In this document: positions 50,017-61,081 of the stretch, piece by piece
Numbering within the stretch: position 1 is the stretch's first letter
Layout: each line of letters begins with the position of its first letter
Assembly: GCF_037042905.1 (NCBI RefSeq)
Contig: NC_087250.1
Coordinates: forward strand, 26,104,001 to 26,168,000
DNA: 64,000 nt
Reading direction: 5' to 3'
Origin: Lytechinus pictus
Taxonomy: Eukaryota
Notes under the pieces: generated by a model
Database searches by the model: none
What the model was told of the DNA's origin: nothing
The model's input: the letters and a program-made list of their open reading frames with translations, nothing else
Made by a program: the position numbers and the translations under genes

Positions 50017-53000
50017 GATACATTTATTCAAATACATTATCAATAAAAAATGACAACACAGATTAACAAAAAAAAAAATAAAATAAAACAATTCTCAAAA
50101 TCAGTTAATCCTTTTTTTCTAAAGTTGACAAGTCTGTTTTGAAAGCAGTTAACTCACTCATCTCTCATGTCTGTAGGTGAATTTGAATATATCGGGTTAT
50201 TTTATGAGCCATGAATAAATTCATCTGTATAGGCCTCTCTATAAAAGCAAGGTTTCGTTTTATACCCGTTCTTATTAATTTAACATAAGTTACAGAGGTT
50301 GGATATATATAGCTATTACGTTTAAAACTTTGAATGAACATGCGGATTGAAGGGCAATCCGCATGTACAATGTACATGTACAATGTACAATGGGCGCTGT
50401 TTTTGCTGCTGCTGCCTTCATTTTTGCTCTCCAAAATCTCACATTTTTCAACTGTTTTGTCAGTGCATTGGGATATCATTTCTATGTCAACTGTTTCAAG
50501 TGGAATCACTGATTCTGGTGAACTACTTTGCATTCTGGATTGGTACCTACTTTTCTCAGAATTTTGAGAGAAAATTTCTGCTCAACTGCTTGGTTTTGAG
50601 AAACCTAAGTGTAGCTGGATATAGCTCTTATGCACAGAGTCAATGTGGACTTTCAGCCCTTTGTTATTGTGAAACCAGCCCAGATGGGAACAATGGAAAG
50701 TGATCCTGCCTGTGGACTGTGTCTATTGTGAAAGGATTATAATCAATGGTAGAAGAGATTATCATTGACTTTCACAGTGTTAATGATGCCCAGGTCAGCC
50801 TTTCAATATAGCAGTGCTGAGCTTCATTCACTGAGACATGCATGTGGTACCAAACATGTTGATGCACATGTGTTTCAGACTTTAAAAGAACTTAACTTGC
50901 TTCATCTTCGTAGTCGACGGGCTGGATCTCACTTACATAAACATCATCGGGAGAGGCCCCACGTATCAGCAAGAACACATAGGTCTACATCTCGACCTGT
51001 GAACCAAAGGAATATCTGCCCAACAGTGTATCCTTTTAAAACTCAAGCAAAGTTCTGCTCTATCAATTCTCAGTCACTGCGAAATAAAACAACAGAATTT
51101 ATTGAATTTGTGTTAGACAATAAACTTGATATCGTGGCCATTTGTGAAACCTGGCTCAAGACTGGAGACGATATTGTCATCGGAGACATCACGCCAACGG
51201 GTTATACGTTCAAGCATTTTCCACGCACAAACAACAAACGAGGTGGAGGCCTTGCTCTCTTATACAAATCTACTCTGAATGTGCGTTTTCCTGAATCTAT
51301 CGCTAACCCCAAGGCTTTTGAGGTTTTCTCAGCTGAAATTGTCAGTTCAACATTATCACTCCTACTTGTTGTAGTGTACCGCCCACCAACTAGATCAACA
51401 GGTTCTTCCTTCGATGCGTTCACTGCAGAGTTTGAGTCACTTATTGAAGATGTATGTTTGAATCAAATGCCTATTATCATCACAGGTGATTTTAATGTTC
51501 ATGTCGACTCAGCGTCAAATGCAAATGCTTGTGCCTTCAAGAATCTCCTCTCTAGCCACAACCTTAGACAAAGTGTTACCTGTCCTACGCATAGAAAAGG
51601 TCACACTCTGGACTTACTGATCACCAGGGAATCAGACCCAACCTTTTTTGATGATCTGCATGTCATCGACGGGATAGCTGATCATTCAGCAATAACCATC
51701 AAGCTGTATCTTGAGCGCCCTCAGAACCAGAAGGTTGAAGTAAAAACAAGGAATGTATCAGCCATCAGTAAGGAGGCTCTCTGTGATGATATAAAGTCTT
51801 CCAAGCTTTCCAGTACAGAGTTGAAACTTAACTCATTGTCATCACAAGCTGAGCAGTATAACACCATCCTTGAAAATATTTTTGATAGTCATGCTCCAAT
51901 GAAGACACGTACAGTGGTTCTGAGACCCCATTCTCCATGGTTCAAGAGCAGCTTTCATACTGAAAAGCGGGAAAGACGTCGCCTAGAGACCTTGTGGAGA
52001 AACTCTGGACTTGAGATTCATCGGCAGATGTATACATCGCAGAAGCAGAAGGTCAATCGACTCATTCGTCAATCAAAGTCAACATACTACAATGACCTGT
52101 TCACAGAGAATGCAAAAGACCAGAGACGACTCTTCAGTATTGCTGATAAAGTCCTTCATCGCAAGAGCAAGTCTCCTCTCCCACAGCACCAGTCAAAGGA
52201 ACAGCTATCCAAAGAATTGTGTAAGTTCTTTGATGAAAAGATCTCAAACATCCGCCAAGGATGCCAGATTGCTGATGACCTAAGCCTTCCTTCTGCTGGA
52301 ATATTGTCATCACCTAGTAACTTGTCGGTATTCAAAGAGGTAACAGAGGATGAGGTACGACGCATTGTATTATCTTCACCACCAAAATCATGTGATCTGG
52401 ATCCTATCCCAACTCTGTTGCTCAAATCCTGTTCTTCTACTGTGATCCCTATTGTGACATCAATCATTAATACCTCTTTACAATCTGGAGAAGTCCCAGA
52501 AGTTCTGAAAGTTGCACAAGTTAATCCAGTGCTGAAGAAGTCAAAACTCGATCCAGAGAACATGAGCAACTATCGCCCGATCTCCAACCTCAGCTTCTTG
52601 AGTAAGACACTGGAGCGCGTCGCGATGAACCAGTTGAGTTCCTACATCACAGATAATTCTCTCCATGATACATTCCAGTCTGCCTATCGTGCCAATCATA
52701 GTGTCGAGACAGCAATCCTCAGAGTCCAGAATGATCTACTTTCCGGCATGGATCAAAAGAAGATATCGCTTCTAGTCCTACTGGATCTTTCAGCAGCGTT
52801 CGACACTGTCGACCATGATATTCTTCTCCATCGACTTAGTGACCTATATGGAATCAGCGGAGTCGCACTACAGTGGTTTCGATCGTACCTGACAGGAAGG
52901 ACGAGCTATGTTTCCGTTGACGGTGCCAGATCCGACTCATCAACGCTGAAGTATGGCGTTCCTCAAGGCTCTGTCCTCGGCCCGCAGTTGTTCAGCATGT

Positions 53001-54074
53001 ACACTTCGCCCATATCTCACATCATCAAGAGGCACGGACTCCAGTATCACCGATATGCAGATGATACACATATTTACTGTACCGTCAACTCATCTCAAAC
53101 TGAGGTCAATTTAGGACTTCAGCGCATTGAATCCTGTGTAGCTGACCTCCAGGAATGGCTGTCTAATAACTATCTTAAGATGAATAAGGACAAGACGGAA
53201 TTCCTTATTGTGGGATCTCGTCAACAACGAGCCAAAGTTACAATAAACCATCTAAGAATTGGCAACTCTTTAATCAAGCCTTCTGATCAAGTGAGAAACC
53301 TTGGAGTAGTGTTTGATTCCTCACTTACAATGGAGCAGCATGTCACAGGCACTTCCAAGGCTGCCTGTATATATATCCGTAATCTTGGAAGGATCCGCAA
53401 GCATGTAACTAAGAAAGTTGCTGAACTCCTTGTTCATGCCTTTGTAACAACCCGACTGGACATTTGCAACTCAATTTTGACTGGTTTGACTCAACATCAA
53501 CTGCACAGACTTCAGCGTCTGCAGAACATGGCCGCACGTCTTGTATCCCTTCAAAGAAAGAGAGTCCACATTACTCCAATTCTGCGTGACCTACATTGGC
53601 TGCCTGTCAACCAGAGAATATCCTATAAACTTGGGGTCCTCGTATTTAAAGCGCTTAACGATAAATCTCCACCCTACATATCAGAGCTCTTATCTCAGCA
53701 TAGACCAACACGCAGTCTCAGATCAGCAGATCAAGCATTGCTGACAGAATCTCTCAGCCACACAACTTGGGGTGACAGAGCCTTCTACATCTCTGGACCA
53801 AAGCTGTGGAATAGCCTTCCTCAATTTATCAGGAGAGCAGAGACCCAATCAACTTTTGAGTCTTACCTGAAGACTTTTCTGTTCCCCACTCCAACATTAT
53901 TGCAAGAATAACTCAATTGTAGCATTACTAGGACAGTACTTGAACTGAATGATGATCCTAAGCACTGTTTAAAGACATTGAAATTTGTGAGATATTTCCT
54001 ATTTTTGAGCAAGCGCCATGAGCGCCCAGCTGAGGCGGATACCGGCGCTATACAAGAACCCATCATCATCAACA
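50017..54074 (+). mobile_element. Apparently intact single-ORF L2/CR1-group LINE
   Basis: Uninterrupted EN-RT ORF, 3'UTR stem-loop AAGCGCCATGAGCGCC...GGCGCTATACAAG and (CAT)n tail. Candidate 11-bp TSD AGAAAATAATC (50006-50016, 54075-54085). The 5' boundary is tentative. Confidence 0.85.
50765..53911 (+). CDS. LINE ORF2 protein: APE-type endonuclease + reverse transcriptase
   Basis: EN motifs NSQSLRNK, ICETWL, GGGLAL, VYRPP, GDFNVH, TLDLLI and DH. RT motifs NYRPISNL, DLSAAFDTVDH, GVPQGSVLGP and YADD. C-terminal HITPILRDLHWLPV. The first ATG is at ~50783. Confidence 0.97.
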   Translation: MTFTVLMMPRSAFQYSSAELHSLRHACGTKHVDAHVFQTLKELNLLHLRSRRAGSHLHKHHRERPHVSARTHRSTSRPVNQRNICPTVYPFKTQAKFCSINSQSLRNKTTEFIEFVLDNKLDIVAICETWLKTGDDIVIGDITPTGYTFKHFPRTNNKRGGGLALLYKSTLNVRFPESIANPKAFEVFSAEIVSSTLSLLLVVVYRPPTRSTGSSFDAFTAEFESLIEDVCLNQMPIIITGDFNVHVDSASNANACAFKNLLSSHNLRQSVTCPTHRKGHTLDLLITRESDPTFFDDLHVIDGIADHSAITIKLYLERPQNQKVEVKTRNVSAISKEALCDDIKSSKLSSTELKLNSLSSQAEQYNTILENIFDSHAPMKTRTVVLRPHSPWFKSSFHTEKRERRRLETLWRNSGLEIHRQMYTSQKQKVNRLIRQSKSTYYNDLFTENAKDQRRLFSIADKVLHRKSKSPLPQHQSKEQLSKELCKFFDEKISNIRQGCQIADDLSLPSAGILSSPSNLSVFKEVTEDEVRRIVLSSPPKSCDLDPIPTLLLKSCSSTVIPIVTSIINTSLQSGEVPEVLKVAQVNPVLKKSKLDPENMSNYRPISNLSFLSKTLERVAMNQLSSYITDNSLHDTFQSAYRANHSVETAILRVQNDLLSGMDQKKISLLVLLDLSAAFDTVDHDILLHRLSDLYGISGVALQWFRSYLTGRTSYVSVDGARSDSSTLKYGVPQGSVLGPQLFSMYTSPISHIIKRHGLQYHRYADDTHIYCTVNSSQTEVNLGLQRIESCVADLQEWLSNNYLKMNKDKTEFLIVGSRQQRAKVTINHLRIGNSLIKPSDQVRNLGVVFDSSLTMEQHVTGTSKAACIYIRNLGRIRKHVTKKVAELLVHAFVTTRLDICNSILTGLTQHQLHRLQRLQNMAARLVSLQRKRVHITPILRDLHWLPVNQRISYKLGVLVFKALNDKSPPYISELLSQHRPTRSLRSADQALLTESLSHTTWGDRAFYISGPKLWNSLPQFIRRAETQSTFESYLKTFLFPTPTLLQE

Positions 54075-54392
54075 AGAAAATAATCAAAAATCGTAAAAAA
54101 GTATTACGCAGCCTCAAATTTCAGGCGACTCATTAAAATGTGAGCTTATACGTTTTAACCTCTTCCAAGAAGATGATATATAGGCCCTAAGTTTCACACA
54201 TATATTTGACTTCTAGATGAACTGTTTGAAAAATTTTGAACTTTGATGGTACTACTATATTTCCTTTTTTAACAATTGCGTTAGAATCTTACACTAGATT
54301 AAAAAAAAACCATGTAGTTATCTCATAGAACTGACATTTTGACCTTACACAAAACTGTATTTTCATGTTTTACCTTATACAAGGGGCTAACA

Positions 54393-54447
<55 letters not shown>

Positions 54448-57073
54448 TATCTACAGGGTGTTTCTGAAAAAATGTAACCGAATGTCAAAGGTCAGTTATA
54501 TCTCGGATAAGTTAGTGTCCAGTGAAATTTTGAGAGAGACAAGTGTTAGCTTTATTGAAGAATAAGTCAGGTGCTTAACTATTTAAATAGTTTAAATTGA
54601 GTTAGAACATGCATCTGAACACTAATTGCATATCATGTGAATTAATCACAGCGGGGAACTTGCATTATAATATGCAGCATTCATATCGCGCTTAATACAA
54701 ATGATTCTAAGCGCTCCATACTATTACCCCGGCTCTAAAATAACATGTGCTCGTATAAAGCCATTGTAGTTTGAAATCCCATCGAGGCAACAAGTTTATA
54801 GCTTTCGCTTCAGAAATTCAGAAATTTGTCCGTCTATCCAACACTAAGTGCCACAGAGACTGGGAAGAGAAGAGTGAAGAGAGCTACATATAAATCAATT
54901 TGAGGGGGTAGAATGGCTAAATAATAAGAATTACAACTAGAATGGTGTTGTAGATGGCAAATCATAGTTAAGCACTAATATAATTTGGGGGCTAGTCTGA
55001 TCCTCTTGGAATTGGACCCATTAGCCATGGGTCGGGACGGTAATGGAGAAACATCCAATTTGAATTTGTTTCTTTAGCCGAAATGTCACATTTTTTTATT
55101 GATTGATGAAATTCGGAATTGGAGGTTTTGGGGTGTGTCCCATCAACAGTGCGGTCCAAATGTGTCCAATTTAACAACTTCTCTTGAGTAAGCTTAGCTA
55201 AAATAAACCTAATTTACTTTGACTACAATTGGATAAACATGATTTTGTCGGATGAAACGTCCGACATGGCCTTTCATGAGACATTCCTTGAGGTACCCAT
55301 TTCAATCAAATGGCTGTTCTGTAACCCAACTTGCCATTCACAGAACCAACTATAACTCTCGCAAGAGATAGCATTTATTTGTTTGAATAAAGGTCAGATA
55401 TCATAATTTGGATCTCTGTAAGGCCTCGAATGTGGTCATAGAATTGGAATACATGTAACATGGTTCAGGCTAGAGATCATTTGCAAAATACATGAGTGCA
55501 ATATAATCAATCCAATTATTCACCGGGTAGGACAGTGGTCTGTGGTTCGGTGGTGGAGCAAGTCTCGGTCGCACCTACCATAACACAGGTGGGCCATAAG
55601 GGAATTTCTCCAGCATAACCCCTCCAAGTGAGGAGGCACTGCCATTGCGTCATGTTGGTTTTTGCCCTTATCTCCTCCGTGCCCCAGTGCCACGTGTCCT
55701 CCCATTGCGGCGGACATTTGTCCGCCGATTCCCCCACTTTCCATGTTATTGGGGATGCACCTAGGGTGATTACCACCCTATCTATTCTAGGATAAATGAA
55801 GCAAATATGTCTTAGCCCAAATGTCCACTAACCACTGGATATTACCAGTGAAATGAAAAAAAAAGAAAACAAAAACAAAAACAAACAACAGAATCAGAAG
55901 TCGCAAGGCGCGGCTGTCCCTGTGGTGACATGCATAATACAAAAAGAAAGAAAAAGTGGACTTCTACTAAGACAGGAGAACAAAATACACTGTTTTTGGA
56001 CTTATCTTTTGAGAGGATACTGATTTTCTTGGAAGAATTTCGCTCCTAAAGGCTGCATGAAAACGATTGTGAATGGTGTGTTAAGCCTTTTCCAAGCTAT
56101 TTTGTTCAGTTCCTCCGAATTTACTACATGTATTTAATCCTGAGATAATTGTATCAGGTGGAATTTGTTTATGTTAACTTAGATGGAATGTTCTCTTACA
56201 AGCCGTTTGCATTAATGCATAGGGCACTCCTGTAAATTTATGTTTGAATACGGGGAGCTGGGATAAAGCAGCTCCATGCCAATATATTGGGCAGCTTTAT
56301 TTGCAAACATTACAAATTGATGTATATGCCTCAAATTCCTGTAACATACAAAGGGGCAAAAAAAAAAGGGGGTGGAAGGTTTGTGTTCAGAAACAAATTG
56401 TTTGAAACCTGACAGATCACCAATATTAATACCAAAGTATATGCTCCAAAGATGTTGATTACCAAGATTTAGGGGAAATACCCATGGGAACTACCATCCT
56501 GCGGGTGGGTCACGTGATCAACATCCCCAGGGAGGAGTTACTACCCTCATGGCGTTCACGTGACCATATCTTTCAGTATGCCGCGCCACAGTTCTAATGC
56601 ATATGTAGTCTTTTGTTATGTCTCACGACATTATTCAGATTGTGTTGATGTTCATTACCTTTTATGTTATTTAGGCATATTGCCTACGTGTTTTGATGCC
56701 TCGTATGGAATTAAATGGCAAGCAATGGCAAATTATTTGTAGGGGAAGGCGGGGTAAGTTGAGCATAGGGGCAAGTTGAGCCACCACCCCCAGGCTAATA
56801 ATGAATGAGTCAGACATTGTGGTGGTGTCATTTATTGATGACCCATTGCATAACCCTCAACCCCACCAGATTGTTTTCAAGTTTGAAGCAAAAAGTACTT
56901 TTTAGAGGGAAAAATACAAATTTCAGCCAAAAAAGTAAAAAAGGGTGTAAAATAGATAAGTGCTTTTTACCCACAAACGTCTCTAAATATATTTTTGAAA
57001 TAAGAACAATATTGTTAGTACAGGTATGGATTCTCACTCTTGTCATAGTCTTTTACATGATGGATGCATAAGA

Positions 57074-60000
57074 GGTGACCCGACAATTGCTCCGCCGACA
57101 TCTGCTCCGCCGACAATTGATACGCAAAATACGACAACTGCTCCGACGACAATTGCTCCGGACAGTTGCTCCGCCGACAGTTGCTCCGTCGACACTTGCT
57201 CCGCCGATATTTGCTCCGTCGACATCTGCTCCGCCGATATTTGCTCCGCCGACAATTGCTCCACCGATAATTGCTCCGCCGACATCTGCTCCGATTATAC
57301 GACAATTGCTCCGCCGATATTTGCTCCGCCAAAATCTGCTCCGTCAATATTTGCTCCGCCGACTTCTGCTCCGCCGTAAATTGCTCCGATAATGCGACAT
57401 TTATTTATTCATCTATTCGTACTTTCATGCGCGTAACAATTGTAGCACAGGATGAAGACGTCAATGCAAATTAAACTTAAACTATGCTTGCATGATATAT
57501 TACATGACACACACAGGGGGCGCGGAACGGTTTTCAAAGTGGGGGCTGACCATGCTAAAAATCACAATCATATGGGAATTTTTACGTTTTTGTACACGGT
57601 TTTGGAAAAAAAAATTGGGGCTGAAGCCCCCCAGCTCCCGGCCCCTGATACATAACATAGAAAGAAGTAGAAAAAATGGATAAGCACAACGGAGGGATAG
57701 ATATTCTTAATTTCTTATTCCTTGGGGGCATTTGTTTAAGTTTTATTACGTGCCTGGTGATTAAAATGAAAAAAAATTACGCGTGTTCATGTAATTATTA
57801 TGACAGTACAAAGAAAACTTCTTAGCGTCAAAATCGCTCTGGCGAAATATGCTCCGAAGTGGAGATATTTGCTCCAGGTGAAATTCAATAGATATGCTTT
57901 ATGTTTACAATAAAAAAAAAAGTGCGTATAAATGTCCCATTTCCAGGTTGATAACAGCTCGCGCTTCGTGCTCGCATTATACATTCAGTGCGATGCGTTA
58001 TCGGGTTTCATGAATATGTAACTATATTATTACTGGTATGTATATATATTATTTCTTTTAAAAACAACATTATTTGTTTATACGTTATGAGAGATATACA
58101 TACATATATTCATTTATTGAAATATATTTATATTGTTGCTATTGCACAGAATAGAAAAAAATACAACCGAAGTCTCGTCTTATAATAACTCACCAGTAGC
58201 GTAATGAGCCAAACAAAAAATGGAGGGGGCCAGACAAGGATGACATTTAGTTTCCTTTCCTTTATTCTTTTTTTTTAATTGGTAGGGAGAATGGGGGGGA
58301 TCCGTGACCCCTAGCACGCCCCTCCCCTATCTGTACGCCAGTGATGATCATGCTTTCGTTTGAATGAAAAAATGTGCAAGGGTAGATAAAGCCCAAGACG
58401 TATTAAAAAATATTGATAAAAATATTAATAATTATAATGCTGATAAATGTAAAATAAATCAAGCGGTAACCAATGAAAATAAATAGTGTGAAAGAACAAA
58501 ACGAGAAAGAGGGAGAGAGAGAGAGGGACGCGCGCGAATGTATGGTGTATAAGTTGCTGGAAAGCAGAAGAGCAGGGGCGGATCCAGCCTTCGCCAATAG
58601 GGGGGGGGGGCGGGGTTTTTAAAAACCATATTTTCCCCGATCGGCCGCTCGATGATGATTTTGGTCTCTTTGAAGGGGTAGTCCTAATAATCACTTCTTA
58701 GCTTCATTATAAATCAACATAAATATTTAATATCATAATCCTTATTCATATAATGCGAGCACAAAGCGCGAGCTAAATTTTTAAGGAAATTTTATGTATT
58801 TTTCCTAAAATTTGAACATTCTGGTCAATGTTTGTTATCCTGAAAAAGATGTGTATGCAACTAAATAATTACTACGAACGCGAAGCGCGAGCAGAAATGA
58901 ACTGATGGAAAAGGTACCTGTTAAATATTGCTTGCAGTTAGCCATGAAGACGTTAAATACTTTAAAAATCAAATAATGCAAGCGCGAGATTTAGACCTAC
59001 TGAACGAGACACTCTATGTTTTGTAAATCATGAAAAGGATGAGTAATTGGGGATATTCCTTACATTAATAATGCGAGCCCAAAGCGCAAGCAGAAAAAGT
59101 TTTATATGTATACATTTTAATGTGATCGAAAGGTACCTGTTAAGGACTGCTTGCACTTAGCCATGAATACGCTACATATTTCAACAATCAAATAATGCGA
59201 GCGCGAAGCGCGAGCTGAAACATTTTGAAATTTCTACATAAAGAATGGACATTTTTTTAATCAATTTTTGTAATCGTAAACAGGATGGCTATATAACTAA
59301 CCAATTTATACGAGCGCGAAGCGCGAGCGGAAAAAATCGAGATATAGACCTAAAACGGGACACTCTATTCATGTTTTGTAAATCATGAAAAGAATGAGTA
59401 ATATGGGATCTTCCTAACTTGATAATGCGAGCACAAAGCGCGAGCAGAAAATTCTTGATATTGTGATCTGAAACTGGATAATGATTTAAATAGATTAAAC
59501 TTTTTGATATTCCGACTAAAAATAGAGTCAATTTCAAGCAATTTGTAGGGAAATTGTGAGGTGGATATGGATTGCATTTAATATAGAGCTGATATGTTCT
59601 ATTATTACTTTGAGTTTTGACATATAGGACCGGGACATCCTTAGGACATGCCATCATATGAAAATGATGACTATTTTCCTATTTCTCTTGCTAAGCGCGA
59701 GACAAAACAAAAGGGACAATTTAATTTCTAAATTAATATCTTACTCATTAATGCCTAATGACAGTACGAAATCTGATGATATAATGGCCTGAAAACTGGA
59801 CATTTCAAGCACTTTTGTAGTCATGAATAGGATGCATCAGTTAATATATTTTTAACCATTAATGCAAGCGCAAATCGCGAGCCAACTTTTTTGATAAACT
59901 GTCATTAAATGGGGATTTTAAGCAGTTTATTTGTATATTCAATATTGAGACATACATAACTCTCCACTCAAATGCGAGTGCAGCGCTAGCTGATACGTTT

Positions 60001-61081
60001 TGACAATCAGACCTGAAAAGGGATATTTTGAAAACTTTACAGAATACACGAAAATAATAGGTACCTGATATATCAAAATTTGCGAGTGCGCAGCGCGATT
60101 AGAAAATATTAAAATTCAGACCATAAAACTGACATTTTTACAGAGCACTTTTTAAAAATCAATTTGTAAATCACACAAAATAATGAAAGTTCGATTCCCG
60201 AGGTGAAATATGTTTTATATATTGACTTCCAAACTTGATATTTGAACTCCATAATTATTGAACAAGATATGAAAATCCCCTAACAGGCAATTTTATACAG
60301 TGACATGAAAGATTCTTTTCATTTTCTAAGTCTTTCCCTCATCTTATTTTATTTACTCGTCTTCCTCCTCTTCTTGTTACTCTACTCTTTTCCATCTTTT
60401 TTTTTTCGCTCCGCCAATAGTTTGGGGGGGGGGCGGGCCCCTCGGCCCCTCCCCTGGATCCGCCTATGGAAGAGATATTGTGTCCAGCACCCCCCCCCCC
60501 CCATTCTCTCCCCGCTCAAGTCCGGATTGAAACCAATGATAATAATATATGAACAAAAATCCAAATTCACAACTTCAATAGGGAGGGTGTCATTCCCCTT
60601 CTGCGTTACAATTTGTCAAGTGGCGGCGGCAGGGAGAACATTTTTTTTTAAGCAGAAAGCTGTGATGATAGGGGAGAAATAAATAAATAAATAAAACATT
60701 AACGAATAATAAGAAGAAAAAAAACAACAAAACAATTTGTATAAGATGTTCATGCAATTGTATTATCGGAGCACATGACGGCGGAGCAATTATCGGCGGA
60801 GCAGATTTTGGCGGAGCAAATATCGGCGGAGCAATTGTCGTATAATCGGAGCAGATGTCGGCGGAGCAATTGTCGGCGGAGCAAATATCGGCGGAGCAGA
60901 TGTCGACGGAGCAAATATCGGCGGAGCAAGTGTCGACGGAGCAAATATCGGCGGAGCAAGTGTCGACGGAGCAACTGTCGGCGGAGCAACTGTCCGGAGC
61001 AATTGTCGGCGGAGCAGTTGTCGTATTTTGCGTAGCAATTGTCGGCGGAGCAGATGTCGGCGGAGCAATTGTCATGGAACC
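57074..61081. mobile_element. Foldback-type element with ~320-bp TIRs made of 15-bp tandem units, 8-bp TSD
   Basis: GACAATTGCTCCGCC units at 57082-57390 and inverted at ~60765-61075. GG...CC termini. TSD GCATAAGA (57066-57073, 61082-61089). Confidence 0.9.
58573..60468. mobile_element. hAT-like non-autonomous element with 6-bp TSD
   Basis: CAGGGGCGGATCCAG / CTGGATCCGCCTATG with GAAGAG on both sides (58567-58572, 60469-60474). Internal periodic TGCGAGCGCGAAGCGCGAGC. Confidence 0.8.

Noticed and set aside
55500..55790. GC-richer segment with short ORFs inside the mariner-like element
   Set aside because: No transposase or other motif could be recognised, so it is left unassigned.
57015..57474. 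Repetitive ORFs (TIAPP/CSAD/LLRR), also at 60590-61139, resembling mucin or CRISPR-like arrays
   Set aside because: They are stop-free translations of the 15-bp units of the foldback TIRs. There are no unique spacers, no cas genes, and the context is eukaryotic.
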